Assembly: GCA_027031495.1 (NCBI GenBank)
Contig: JALVQA010000006.1
Span: forward strand, 81,535-145,534
Direction: 5' to 3'
DNA length: 64,000 nucleotides
Source of the DNA: Candidatus Moraniibacteriota bacterium
Lineage (GTDB): Bacteria > Patescibacteriota > Minisyncoccia > Moranbacterales > GCA-2747515
Shown: positions 1 through 11,251 of the stretch, piece after piece
How positions within the stretch are numbered: the first letter of the stretch is position 1
Layout: every line of letters starts with the position of its first letter
Made by a program: the position numbers and the translations under genes
The notes under the pieces: model-generated
Seen by the model: only the letters and a program-made list of their open reading frames with translations
Told to the model about the DNA's origin: nothing
The model's database searches: none

Positions 1-1
1 G

Positions 2-460
2 GTGGTAACCACACGTCGTGATGATGGTGCTGTTCTCTTTACACATCGTGGCGATCTTGCAGCGATTGCTTTCTATGACGGTGACAACGCAACTGTCATG
101 CCGGCAAATGCTGTGAGTTTTGCATTACAACGTTTTCTTGATAATCGCTCACAGAACGTTATTGATCTTGGGATTACATATAAATCTGTTGACGGTGATG
201 TGCATAAAAAAGGTATTCACGAAAATAGTGTTATAATAGAGACAGTCAATGCTATAAATATGCTGGCTGGTGTGCAAAGCGGTGATTACATTACAAAAAT
301 TGATGGCGAAGAACTTTCTTTTTCTCGCACACTTCCTGTTATCATTGACGAAAAGCGCAACGTGAAGAAAGTTGATGTCACAATTGTGCGTGATGGTATT
401 GATATGATTATTCCTCTTACAATACAAGAAAAAACGCATAATTTGACACCGCGTAAATGA
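2..460 (+). CDS. C-terminal fragment (5' end outside window) of a HtrA/DegP-like serine protease, PDZ domain portion
   Basis: ORF open at window start; PDZ-like motif LAGVQSGDYITKIDGEEL preceded by trypsin-fold-like GITYKSVDGD..SVIIETV; directly upstream of ftsZ. Confidence 0.45.
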   Translation: MVTTRRDDGAVLFTHRGDLAAIAFYDGDNATVMPANAVSFALQRFLDNRSQNVIDLGITYKSVDGDVHKKGIHENSVIIETVNAINMLAGVQSGDYITKIDGEELSFSRTLPVIIDEKRNVKKVDVTIVRDGIDMIIPLTIQEKTHNLTPRK

Positions 461-502
461 ACGTGGTAGTGTATAATATTGTAGAATTCAACATTTAGCT
501 CT

Positions 503-2059
503 ATGGCAGAAATCAAACCAGATATAGAAACATTTGCACGTATTAAAGTTGTTGGCGTCGGTGGCTCCGGTAATAATGCTGTAACACGCATGGTTGAAGA
601 GAAAGTTGGTGGTGTTGAGTTTGTTTCCATTAATACTGATGCGCAGGCGCTTCATAATTCAAAAGCATCGGAAAAGATTCACATTGGCAAAAATCTGACA
701 AAAGGTCTTGGTGCTGGTATGAATCCTGAAGTTGGGCGACAGGCGGCAGAAGAGAATCGTGACGAAATTCAGGATGTGCTCAAAGGTGCTGATATGGTGT
801 TTATCACGTGTGGTATGGGTGGTGGTACCGGCAGTGGTGCAGCGCCGATTGTTGCTGAAGTTGCCAAAGAATCCGGAGCGTTGACAATTGCTGTTGTGAC
901 AAAGCCATTCATGTTTGAAGGCATGCAGCGCAAGCGCATCGCTGATGAGGCAATTGAGAACATGCGTGAGCGTGTTGATACATTGATTGCCATTCCTAAT
1001 GATAAATTGCTTAATATTATTGATCGCAAAACATCACTTGTTAATGCTTTTAAGATTGTAGATGATGTATTGCGTCAAGGCGTGCAAGGCATTTCTGATC
1101 TGATCACAAAGCCTGGTATTGTCAATGTTGACTTTGCTGATGTGCGCGCCGTGATGGCTGATAGTGGTAGCGCGTTGATGGGTATTGGCGTCTCAAGTGG
1201 CGAGGAACGTGCAATAGAGGCTGCGCGCGCAGCTATTAACTCACCGCTTCTTGAACTTTCTATTGATGGTGCGCGCGGTGTTCTCTTTAATGTGAGTGGT
1301 GGCAGTGATCTAACGATGATGGAGATTTCTGAAGCTGCCAACATTATCACGGAATCTATTGATCCTGATGCACGTGTTATCTTTGGTGCGACACCTGATG
1401 ACACTGTTAGAAAAGGTGAGATCCGCGTCACTGTTATCGCTACGGGGTTTGATGATCGCGGCACGTTCGCATCAACGGAACAGAGATTGTCACACATTGC
1501 ACTTAAGAGATCAGCGCAAAATTCAAATACGCGCAACGTTTCCGTGCAACAAGCAGTACAGCAAAGTGCATCATCTGGCGTGCATGAAAAGGAAAGTGTT
1601 GCCACAGGCGGCGGTGATAGTATAGGTTTTGCGTCATCGCCTCAAAAGATATCACAACAACCGCCTGCACCGCAACAGGAGCAGCAACGTTCACCGCAAC
1701 CACAGTCACAGGTGTCGCAGACACAGCAAGAACGCCTATCTGATGATGCGCAACAAGCACTATCCAAAAAGCCTGCAAGCATTGCACAAAATGATGGCTT
1801 TGTGCATCGTGCGGTACAGACAGCATCACCGGACATCAATGAGAGCATGTCTGTGTCAGATGAGAAAGATAGTCGTGATGATGATGGTTCTGCAACACCA
1901 CTTTTGCAACGTATGACGTTTCCGCGTCGTAAAAAAGCACTTGAACCGGAAATTATTATCAATGAACGTGTTGAAGAAGCGCCTATAAAGGATGATGCAC
2001 TTCCTGATGAGGATGAGTTTGAGATTCCTGCATTTATTCGCCGCAAACTTGGAAAATAG
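503..2059 (+). CDS. ftsZ: Cell division GTPase FtsZ with long Q/P-rich C-terminal extension
   Basis: Tubulin/FtsZ signature [13 protein letters not shown] and [15 protein letters not shown]; 518 aa vs ~380 typical, extra length is low-complexity Q/P/S-rich linker before C-terminal [11 protein letters not shown] peptide. Confidence 0.95.
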   Translation: MAEIKPDIETFARIKVVGVGGSGNNAVTRMVEEKVGGVEFVSINTDAQALHNSKASEKIHIGKNLTKGLGAGMNPEVGRQAAEENRDEIQDVLKGADMVFITCGMGGGTGSGAAPIVAEVAKESGALTIAVVTKPFMFEGMQRKRIADEAIENMRERVDTLIAIPNDKLLNIIDRKTSLVNAFKIVDDVLRQGVQGISDLITKPGIVNVDFADVRAVMADSGSALMGIGVSSGEERAIEAARAAINSPLLELSIDGARGVLFNVSGGSDLTMMEISEAANIITESIDPDARVIFGATPDDTVRKGEIRVTVIATGFDDRGTFASTEQRLSHIALKRSAQNSNTRNVSVQQAVQQSASSGVHEKESVATGGGDSIGFASSPQKISQQPPAPQQEQQRSPQPQSQVSQTQQERLSDDAQQALSKKPASIAQNDGFVHRAVQTASPDINESMSVSDEKDSRDDDGSATPLLQRMTFPRRKKALEPEIIINERVEEAPIKDDALPDEDEFEIPAFIRRKLGK

Positions 2060-2142
2060 ATTTTTTGATAAAAAACATCTGCGTTGTAGGTGTTTTTTAT
2101 GTGATGCATTTTTAGTATCTAATTTTTTGAATTTGTATTCTT

Positions 2143-2373
2143 ATGAGGATTATTGCCTCCGTCGTGACACGTGCACGTTCAGTGTCTGTAGAAAAAATGG
2201 CAGATGGTATGTATAAGGTGCGTGTGCGCGCCGTGCCGGAGAAGGGACGAGCGAATGATGCCGTCTGTGTGGCGCTTGCAGAATATTTTGGCATAACACC
2301 AAGCGCCGTACATATTGTTGCCGGTGCGACGACGCGCAAAAAAATGATTGATATTGATGGTATTGATGCATAA
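2143..2373 (+). CDS. YggU/DUF167 family small protein
   Basis: 76 aa; pattern VRVRAVPEKGRANDAVCVALAEYFGI..SAVHIVAG..R.K typical of UPF0235/YggU. Confidence 0.55.
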   Translation: MRIIASVVTRARSVSVEKMADGMYKVRVRAVPEKGRANDAVCVALAEYFGITPSAVHIVAGATTRKKMIDIDGIDA

Positions 2374-3886
2374 ACACGTTTTCTTTGTTGGTTTCATAGG
2401 TGCGTTTCTTTGTGGTATCGTTGTGGCTGTTTTTGTGCCACAGTGGGCGTGGCTTGTTGCAAGTTTATGCGGTGTGTGTGCGCTTTTTTATATTCTTTTT
2501 GCGCCACGTTTTTATATCGGTTTATATGTTGGCGTTCTTATTATCGGTTGCTTTATCGGGGTTGCACGTGGTAAATCTGCCTATGAATCAGCGCATGCAC
2601 CTCGCATATATGACAATACGTCAGTTACGGTTTATGGCGTTGTCCTAAATGACCCTGTGGAGAGCGCATACAGCAAGCGAGCAATTATTGGTGTGCGTTC
2701 GTGTTCAACAGGGCAACATGCTCCCATCTGTGCTGTAGATAAGATTCTCGTACGCACACACCTCTATGAAAATACTCTCTCTGCACGCAGTGGTGTAAAA
2801 TTTTCATGTACACTTAAGCGTATCAAAAATTTTACGCAGGATTTTGATTACATAATGTACCTTGCTGCAAAAGGTGTGTTTTACGAATGTGTTCCCAGTG
2901 ATATAGTGGCGTGGGAGAGTACGCGTCTTAGTGATCGCTTCCATGCTCTTCTTGCGCGTGTGCGTTTGCATTTTGAGCGCGTTATTACGCACAATGTAGC
3001 GCATCCGCAGGCAGCGCTTGCTGCAGGACTCCTCTTTGGTGGCGACAAGCGTCTTAGTGAAGCGTGGCAGGATAATTTTTCTGCAACAGGCCTTACGCAC
3101 ATTGTGGCTGTAAGTGGTTATAATGTTACTGTCATTACACATGCACTTATCCTTTTTGGCATTTTTTGTGGCTTGTGGCGGTGGCAGGCACTATGGCTTG
3201 CGCTTGTTGGTGTTGTTATCTTTGTGTTAATGATTGGCGCGCCGACACCGGCAGTGCGTGCTGGCATTATGGGCATAATTGTGCTTTTGCTAATGTATAG
3301 CGGACGTGTGAGTGCGGCATTTTCATCTCTTCTTCTTTCCGCTGCCATTATGCTTTTTGTTAACCCTCTTCTTGTTCGCTATGACATAGGTTTCCAATTA
3401 TCGTTCCTTGCAACATGTGGCATTATTACGATTTATCCGTTATTTGAGCGTATAAATATACGACGGAATGCCGCATTTGGCATGTGGGATATTATTTTTG
3501 CAACAGTAAGCGCGCAATTGCTCGTCGTACCGATTATTGCTTATCATTTTCACGTGTTCACGCCACTTTCACTTATAGCAAATGTACTTGTTTTGCCACT
3601 TATTCCTGTTGCAATGGCGCTGACATCCGGCATGCTTCTTGCAAGTATGCTAAGTCCCCTCATTACACTTTGGAGTGGATGGTTTATCAGTATTCTTCTT
3701 GCATGGGTTTTTGGTGTTGTTCATTTTTTTGCACATGTGCCATATGCACAGATAAAAATAGAAACCGTGCCACCATTTTTGCTTGTACTATGGTATGGTG
3801 GAATGAGCATATTTATTTTGCTCGATAGATGCAATCAATATAAGTGTACACACAAAGAGAGAAAGAATATATGCGAAAAGGTATAG
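2348..3886 (+). CDS. comEC: ComEC/Rec2-family DNA internalisation channel, membrane domain (N-terminal part of a split comEC)
   Basis: Polytopic membrane protein with competence-domain motif GLTHIVAVSGYNVTVI; overlaps next ORF by 43 nt. Confidence 0.8.
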   Translation: MILMVLMHKHVFFVGFIGAFLCGIVVAVFVPQWAWLVASLCGVCALFYILFAPRFYIGLYVGVLIIGCFIGVARGKSAYESAHAPRIYDNTSVTVYGVVLNDPVESAYSKRAIIGVRSCSTGQHAPICAVDKILVRTHLYENTLSARSGVKFSCTLKRIKNFTQDFDYIMYLAAKGVFYECVPSDIVAWESTRLSDRFHALLARVRLHFERVITHNVAHPQAALAAGLLFGGDKRLSEAWQDNFSATGLTHIVAVSGYNVTVITHALILFGIFCGLWRWQALWLALVGVVIFVLMIGAPTPAVRAGIMGIIVLLLMYSGRVSAAFSSLLLSAAIMLFVNPLLVRYDIGFQLSFLATCGIITIYPLFERINIRRNAAFGMWDIIFATVSAQLLVVPIIAYHFHVFTPLSLIANVLVLPLIPVAMALTSGMLLASMLSPLITLWSGWFISILLAWVFGVVHFFAHVPYAQIKIETVPPFLLVLWYGGMSIFILLDRCNQYKCTHKERKNICEKV

Positions 3887-4731
3887 TATTCATTATTGGC
3901 GCAGCAGTGCTTTTATCTTTTGTTATCGCAATTGTTGCGATAGCTGCAGAACAGACACGACAGACGCGTGTTATCTTTCTCGATGTTGGGCAAGGTGATG
4001 CGATTCTCATTACACGTGGAACACAGCAGGTTTTAATTGACGGCGGTGCTGATCGTCGCGTGCTTCTTGAAAAACTTGGGCGCTATATGCCGTTTTGGGA
4101 CAGAACAGTTGATGTACTGATTGCAACACATCCAGATGCCGACCACATCGCTGCACAGGTTGGCGTATTTGATGCATACTATGTTGGTGCTGTTATCGCA
4201 ACCGATGCTTTTAAGAAATCACGTGTCGCTACGGCGTGGCACAGCGCGTTGGAGAAGAGTCGTGCACGTGTCATTATGGCGAACGAATCTGTTCGTATAC
4301 ATATGAAGAAAGATGACGAGAAGGCTGGTGTTATGCGTGTACTTTTTCCGCGTGTAGCGACAGATGTGCCGGCGATAAAAGATGTTAATGATACAAGTAT
4401 TGTAACGTTGCTAACAGTCGGTAAAACAACATTTCTTATGATGGGTGATCTATCACAAAAGCAAGAACGCAATATTAATCCAGGTCCGGTAAGTGTTCTA
4501 AAGGTTGGCCACCATGGCTCAAAGACATCAAGTAGTGAAGAGTTTATTGCGCGTGTGCATCCACATGATGCAATTGTTTCTGTCGGCGTGCACAATCGCT
4601 ACGGACATCCGGCGCAAGATGTTCTTGCACGCCTTAAAAAGTATGGCGCACATATCATACGCACAGATAAGCAAGGTGATATTGTTTATATGTGTTTTTT
4701 TGAAAAAAATGATGTGTGTGAGCGGTTATAA
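3844..4731 (+). CDS. Membrane-anchored metallo-beta-lactamase domain protein (ComEC C-terminal domain encoded as a separate ORF)
   Basis: N-terminal TM helix then VIFLDVGQGDAILI, HPDADHIAA, KVGHHGS, HNRYGHPAQDVLARL motifs of the ComEC MBL domain. Confidence 0.75.
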   Translation: MYTQREKEYMRKGIVFIIGAAVLLSFVIAIVAIAAEQTRQTRVIFLDVGQGDAILITRGTQQVLIDGGADRRVLLEKLGRYMPFWDRTVDVLIATHPDADHIAAQVGVFDAYYVGAVIATDAFKKSRVATAWHSALEKSRARVIMANESVRIHMKKDDEKAGVMRVLFPRVATDVPAIKDVNDTSIVTLLTVGKTTFLMMGDLSQKQERNINPGPVSVLKVGHHGSKTSSSEEFIARVHPHDAIVSVGVHNRYGHPAQDVLARLKKYGAHIIRTDKQGDIVYMCFFEKNDVCERL

Positions 4732-4750
4732 TTATTTTTAGAGAGTGCTC

Positions 4751-4782
4751 TTGACAACGTACAAAGTAGTGTTAGTATAAAT
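4751..4782 (+). promoter_or_regulatory. Sigma70-like promoter (rRNA P1): TTGACA 4751-4756, -10 TAGTAT/TATAAA ~4773-4781
   Basis: Consensus -35 with 16-19 nt spacer to AT-rich -10, ~500 nt upstream of 16S. Confidence 0.5.
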
Positions 4783-4828
4783 ATGGAGTTGACAGAGAAT
4801 GTTGTATTGGAATGAGTTTTTTAAGGGG

Positions 4829-4856
4829 TTGACAAGGAAAAAAACTTTGCTACAAT
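4829..4856 (+). promoter_or_regulatory. Sigma70-like promoter (rRNA P2): TTGACA 4829-4834, 16-nt spacer, TACAAT 4851-4856
   Basis: Near-consensus hexamers with ideal spacing upstream of 16S leader. Confidence 0.55.
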
Positions 4857-5274
4857 ACGTAGTGCAGTGTATAGATATGTCGATTGTTTGACGATCTATT
4901 CTGCTCTACAGAGGAAGGAGAATGAAATTACATTCTTGTACATCATGAGTTGTGATGTGTTGGGATGTGTTTTTATTCACTCTGTAAGAATAGGAACACA
5001 GTAGAACATTGACAATGTGATTACGTTTATTCAAGAAATGATAACCTTCTGAGGTTAGTCTTGAGACTAAGAGCGAGGACCTATTCTCTTGTTGCATTTT
5101 CTTTTGGAAAATGCGGTGTTCCCCTACATCTCTTTATCTGCATCAGATAGAGAATGTTGTTTCTTACCAAGCGATAGGAAACATCTTACAATAAGTGTAA
5201 GAAGGGATTCGCGTATCCGTAGGCATCTTTGTCTGTGTATTGTGGAAGCGAGCAATACACCGTGTACGGTCGCT

Positions 5275-6864
<1,590 letters not shown>

Positions 6865-7000
6865 TAGGGAGTTATGGTAGTACGACTCGTCGCACGACGA
6901 GTTAGTCAAACCGAACGGTCGCTTAATCTACTATTTGTAGTGGATTAAATCCTCCTCTTAGATGAGAGACTAACCTCAAAAGATTTGTGATTTCTTGAAC

Positions 7001-7028
7001 AAAAAACCGGCATTTTGCCGGTTTTTTT
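7001..7028 (+). terminator. Intrinsic terminator after 16S (CCGGCA-TTT-TGCCGG + T7)
   Basis: A-tract, 6-bp GC stem, T-tract. Confidence 0.7.
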
Positions 7029-7100
7029 GTTCAAAGTGTTGTTGTTTGCTAGTTACATATAATTAATTTGCATGAAATATTGTGATGGTGTATTATTATA

Positions 7101-8219
7101 GTGCGATATAGATATTGTGTTATTCAATATCAGATTAGCAATTATATTTTTATTAGAAATAATAAATCAAAAAGACCTATGAATACCGAAGAAAAACCTA
7201 CAAAAGATGAACGTGTAAAAAAGGTTATCACATTTGCTCTGGTCGTTGCAATTGGCGCTCTTGGTGTTTTGTATTATACGAAGAAACAAGATGTTAAAAA
7301 TCAAGTGGCGCAACAATCTAGTCAAGAACAAAGTGCGAGTGATGTAGATACCACCTTTATCCAATCTGTTGGCATTATTCAGAGCAAGTATCTGGATGAT
7401 GCTGATTTCCAGAAATACATTAATGATGAGATTAATGATCTCATTCACATTCAGCGAAAAGATATCATTGATGATGCTTTCAAGGTTGTTTTATACACGC
7501 AAAAAGCACTTAATGCGCTTGACAAGAGAGACAAGGATGCTGCGCAAAAAGAAATTGAAACAGCCCTCGGTAAGCTAGATGCTACGTTGGCGTTGGAGCC
7601 AAATGCCACACTTTTGCCTGTTGCAGTTAATGGTGAGGTGAACAATATTGTATCTTTTGATAAGGTGGCAGTAGAAGGTGTGAAGCAGAATGCACAGCAA
7701 GCATTGACACGTGGTGATGTACAACTTGCGCGAACACTTCTGGAAGGTCTTCAGAGTGATATTACGCTGGTAGTTGCCAACATTCCTCTCGCCGCACATG
7801 GTGTTGCGTTGCGTGATGCGCTGAGGGCGCTTGATGTTGATAATTATGATACAGCAAAAGCTGTACTCTATACGGCTATGACAACGCTTGTGGAGATACG
7901 TAAAGTAGTACCAATTCCACTTCTTAATGCTGAATTGCTGATCAAAAAGTCACAAGAAAAACTCAATGCAAAAGAAAAAGTGACGATTGTACATGGCATG
8001 CTTAGCGAAGCGAGAAAGCAAATTGAAATGGCACAAGTTCTTGGTTATGGCTTCTTGAACCAAAAGGAGTATGCTGATATCTACAAAGCTGTTGTCGCAC
8101 TTGAGAAGAAGATTGATGCGAAGGAAAGCACAGATGAGTCATACAAGGAACTCAAGGATGCTGTAAAGAGTTTGCGTGACAAAATCATGGCAAAGGATAG
8201 TGAAAAAAAGCAGAAATAG
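7101..8219 (+). CDS. Membrane-anchored coiled-coil protein with internal helical repeats (hypothetical; YfdX-like impression). Likely true start at MNTEEK 7179
   Basis: N-terminal TM VITFALVVAIGALGVLYY then long alpha-helical K/E/A-rich repeats; terminator immediately downstream. Confidence 0.5.
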   Translation: MRYRYCVIQYQISNYIFIRNNKSKRPMNTEEKPTKDERVKKVITFALVVAIGALGVLYYTKKQDVKNQVAQQSSQEQSASDVDTTFIQSVGIIQSKYLDDADFQKYINDEINDLIHIQRKDIIDDAFKVVLYTQKALNALDKRDKDAAQKEIETALGKLDATLALEPNATLLPVAVNGEVNNIVSFDKVAVEGVKQNAQQALTRGDVQLARTLLEGLQSDITLVVANIPLAAHGVALRDALRALDVDNYDTAKAVLYTAMTTLVEIRKVVPIPLLNAELLIKKSQEKLNAKEKVTIVHGMLSEARKQIEMAQVLGYGFLNQKEYADIYKAVVALEKKIDAKESTDESYKELKDAVKSLRDKIMAKDSEKKQK

Positions 8220-8236
8220 TAACTCTCTTGCACTTT

Positions 8237-8268
8237 GAAAAAACCGCCATTGCAAGGGCGGTTTTTTT
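8237..8268 (+). terminator. Intrinsic terminator ACCGCC-loop-GGCGGT + T7
   Basis: Stem-loop followed by TTTTTTT right after stop of 7101..8219. Confidence 0.75.
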
Positions 8269-8361
8269 CATTTAATGATATACAACTACCATGCCATAGA
8301 CATCTGCATACTGATGTGTTATACATAAAACACGTTCATTGTTAAAAGAAGGAGAGTATAG

Positions 8362-8724
8362 ATGCTCAGTAATCTTTTTGTTAGATATCTTTATCTTGCA
8401 TCTTTTTGTCTTACAGTTGTTGCCATGCTTATAGCCGTTCCAATTGTGGAAATAAAAAAAACACATGGCATTGATGCTGATACATACAGAGTAAATGGCA
8501 TGTTTATTATTTTTGTTATGTTGGCAGTTTTCTCATTTTTACTTGCATCATGTGGTAATGATGTTATCGCGGATATTCTAGCAATGCCATATGCATGGGG
8601 CGTAAAGATGCTTGCTTTTTGCTGTATTTCTTATATGTTGTTAGTTGCAGCAAGCCTTGCGGGCGTTATCGCCATGCTTTCATTGAGAGGACTCATAGTA
8701 CTGGCGCGAAAAATAGGAGAGTAA
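8362..8724 (+). CDS. Small polytopic membrane protein, hypothetical
   Basis: 120 aa, three hydrophobic segments. Confidence 0.4.
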   Translation: MLSNLFVRYLYLASFCLTVVAMLIAVPIVEIKKTHGIDADTYRVNGMFIIFVMLAVFSFLLASCGNDVIADILAMPYAWGVKMLAFCCISYMLLVAASLAGVIAMLSLRGLIVLARKIGE

Positions 8725-8817
8725 ACAGAAAATACTTAGTCGGCATGTAACATCATGCCGATTTTTTTAACTTTACGAGAAGTATATAAGAGTGCTGTAA
8801 TTTATCGGTGGATGGTG

Positions 8818-9342
8818 CTATTTCTTTTTTGTGATGCGACTGGCAGCAGACGCGGTGCGCTCAACGACATGCTCCAGCGGGCGTGTTACCTTTTCTATGA
8901 GTGTATTTTTGTCAGCAAATGTTGGGTTGTGTGCAAGTTGACGTTGATTTTCACGACGCATGTGATAGAGTTTGAGCATTTTAAGCGAAATAACAATGCG
9001 CAAAAACGCGAGGTTAAAAAGCGTTGGCGCCAAGAGTGATACAATAACGAGGAGTTGGATGAGTGGGTAGAGTGTAAAGAGTTTTTTGTCTGGTATATAT
9101 GTATAATAGAGGCGTAGAAGAAATTCTATAAGAAAGAGAATACCAAAAAATACTTCAATTGCGTGGATTGTATGTCGCGTTTCTTTGTAAAGAAAAAGCC
9201 ATTCAAAATCCTCCATAATGACAAGTGCTGTAACAAAGAGCAGGAAGGTATTGAGAATGAGGAGAATTTCATTGAGACGAAAGTTTTCATAGTTACCCTC
9301 GTCAAAGGAACGATCAATTGTGTGGAGAATTTTTTTTAACAT
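8818..9342 (-). CDS. Four-TM protein resembling an isolated voltage-sensor domain (S1-S4) of ion channels; no pore domain
   Basis: S2-like HAIEVFFGILFLIEFLLRLY and S4-like basic-every-third LRIVISLKMLKLYHMRR; 174 aa. Confidence 0.45.
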   Translation of the reverse strand: MLKKILHTIDRSFDEGNYENFRLNEILLILNTFLLFVTALVIMEDFEWLFLYKETRHTIHAIEVFFGILFLIEFLLRLYYTYIPDKKLFTLYPLIQLLVIVSLLAPTLFNLAFLRIVISLKMLKLYHMRRENQRQLAHNPTFADKNTLIEKVTRPLEHVVERTASAASRITKKK

Positions 9343-9421
9343 ACGCGTGGTTTATCATAAATTCTTTACTCGTAGCAGTAAATATGCAAAGATGGAAACA
9401 TATTTATAATAACATTATACT

Positions 9422-10687
9422 ATGATTGATCCACTAAAAGCGGAAATTATGGCGCCGGCCGGCAGTTATGAGAGTTTGCGCGCGGCGATTGATGCTGGCG
9501 CTGACAGTGTATACTTTGGCGTTACGCAACTAAATATGCGCGCTAAGGCGGCAGCGAATTTTACACTCGCAGACCTCGCACAGATTACACAGATTTGTCA
9601 CGACAATGGTGTTTTAGCATATTTGGCAGTTAACACACTTTTGTATGATCATGATATTACAATCATGAAAAAACTTGTTGATGCGGCGAAGGCGCATGGT
9701 GTTGATGCAATCATTGCGTTTGATTTCGCAACGATCAACTACTGCAATGAGATTGGTATACCGGTGCACATGAGTGTGCAGTTTAGTATTTCTAACTATG
9801 AAACGGTCAAATTTTTTGCCAAGATGACCAATCGTGTTGTACTAGCGCGTGAGCTCACGTTAGATCAGATAAAAGAAATTGCCACAAAAATTCGCGAAGA
9901 GCAGCTTATGGGCAATGAGGGGCGCTTGATGGAGATTGAGGCATTTATTCACGGCGCGCTCTGTGTGGCGCAAAGTGGACGGTGCTATATGTCGCTGTAC
10001 ACGGACAATGCCAGCGCCAACCGTGGTGCGTGTCGCCAAAATTGTCGTCGTAAGTACAAAGTGACCGATGTGGAAACGGGCAAAGAACTTGTCATTGATA
10101 ATCGCTATGTAATGAGTGCGGCGGATATTTGCACGATTGATTTTTTGGATAAAATCCTAGACAGTGGCGTTCAAGTGCTTAAAATTGAGGGACGCGGTCG
10201 TTCACCGGAGTATGTTGCAACAGTTGTGCGCGCCTACAAGAATGCGCTCAAAGATATTGCTGCTGGCACATACACGCCGGAGCGCATTAGGGAATACTAT
10301 GCACAGTTGAAAACAGTTTTTAATCGCGGTCTCTCAAAGGGGAACTACTACCTTGGCAAAGAAATTGGCGCGTATAGCGATACATATGGCTCAAAGGCAA
10401 CAGAAGAAAAAGAGTACATTGCGCGTGTTACACATTACTTTCCACGTGCCGGTGTAGCGGAAATTACATTGGATAGTGGTGAGTTGAAAGTGGGTGATGA
10501 TATCTTTGTTATCGGCGCGACAACAGGTGTTTTGCGCACAACGATAAAAGAGATTCGTACAAATGATGAGAAGAGTGTAAAGAGTGTACATAAAGGTGCT
10601 GTCGCAACGTTTTCTGTGCCACGTCGCGTACGTCTTAATGACAAAGTTTATGTCATTAAAAAGAGGGAGGTGCTACAGGAGGCGTAA
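9422..10687 (+). CDS. Peptidase U32 family protein (collagenase-like PrtC/RlhA/TrhP family)
   Basis: N-terminal ELLAPAGSYESLRAAIDAGADSVYFG and EAFIHGALCVAQSGRCYMS U32 signature. Confidence 0.85.
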   Translation: MIDPLKAEIMAPAGSYESLRAAIDAGADSVYFGVTQLNMRAKAAANFTLADLAQITQICHDNGVLAYLAVNTLLYDHDITIMKKLVDAAKAHGVDAIIAFDFATINYCNEIGIPVHMSVQFSISNYETVKFFAKMTNRVVLARELTLDQIKEIATKIREEQLMGNEGRLMEIEAFIHGALCVAQSGRCYMSLYTDNASANRGACRQNCRRKYKVTDVETGKELVIDNRYVMSAADICTIDFLDKILDSGVQVLKIEGRGRSPEYVATVVRAYKNALKDIAAGTYTPERIREYYAQLKTVFNRGLSKGNYYLGKEIGAYSDTYGSKATEEKEYIARVTHYFPRAGVAEITLDSGELKVGDDIFVIGATTGVLRTTIKEIRTNDEKSVKSVHKGAVATFSVPRRVRLNDKVYVIKKREVLQEA

Positions 10688-10749
10688 TATTGACAGGTTT
10701 GTGCAATCTGCTTATAATAGGCAGTAGTTACATTAAGTGTAATGCGCAA

Positions 10750-10823
10750 CGCGGGGTAGAGCAGTCTGGCAGCTCATCTGGCTCATAACCAGAAGGTCGC
10801 AGGTTCAAATCCTGCCCCCGCTA
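10750..10823 (+). tRNA. tRNA with CAT anticodon (Met/fMet/Ile-lysidine undetermined); C1-U72 unpaired
   Basis: Cloverleaf traced by hand: D-stem GAGC/GCTC, anticodon loop CTCATAA, T-loop TTCAAAT, acceptor CGCGGGG/CCCCGCT. Confidence 0.7.
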
Positions 10824-10917
10824 CACGTTTGAATGAGAGATTGAGTAGGTGGGTTGTGTGAGTGTTTTTTATCTCACATTTTTCGTCTCTCTTTCTTTTT
10901 GTTTCAAATAGATAATA

Positions 10918-10980
10918 GCCAAGAGTAGCTCAGTTCACGGTAGGACTACAGCGAGCACAGGACTGTGCGACTTCCGGCAG
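10918..10980 (+). pseudogene. tRNA-like fragment/pseudo-tRNA (5' half resembles the downstream CAT tRNA; D-loop insertion; no T-arm)
   Basis: GCCAAGAGTAGCTCAGTT...GAGCACAGGACT matches 5' half of tRNA at 11019 but lacks GTTCGAATC T-arm. Confidence 0.3.
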
Positions 10981-11018
10981 TTAAAATATGTCTGGTAAGA
11001 CAATAAACATACACATCG

Positions 11019-11092
11019 GCCAGGGTAGCTCAGTTGGTTAGAGCACAGGACTCATAAGCCTGCGGTCGTGAGTTCGAATCTCACCCCTGGTA
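11019..11092 (+). tRNA. tRNA with CAT anticodon (second copy; Met or Ile2)
   Basis: GCCAGGGTAGCTCAGTTGGTTAGAGC...CTCATAA...GTTCGAATCTCAC...CCCTGGT A. Confidence 0.75.
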
Positions 11093-11148
11093 CATGCTTG
11101 CGCTTTTTTGCGCGATAGCATACAATACATGACGTATGGTTGTATATT

Positions 11149-11222
11149 GGGGGCGTAGCTCAGCTGGTTAGAGCGTCTGCCTGTCACGCAGAAGGTCGCC
11201 GGTTCGAACCCGGTCGTCCCCG
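11149..11222 (+). tRNA. tRNA-Asp (GTC)
   Basis: GGGGGCGTAGCTCAGCTGGTTAGAGC, anticodon loop CTGTCAC, T-arm GCCGGTTCGAACCCGGT, acceptor pairs incl. G-U, discriminator G. Confidence 0.85.
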
Positions 11223-11251
11223 CAGAAGCATAAAAACACGTAAATTTCTAC

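Noticed and set aside
8755-9039. Plus-strand 94-aa ORF and other antisense ORFs inside ftsZ, the helicase, the integrase etc.
   Set aside because: They are fully embedded antisense in clearly recognisable genes, so they are typical shadow ORFs.
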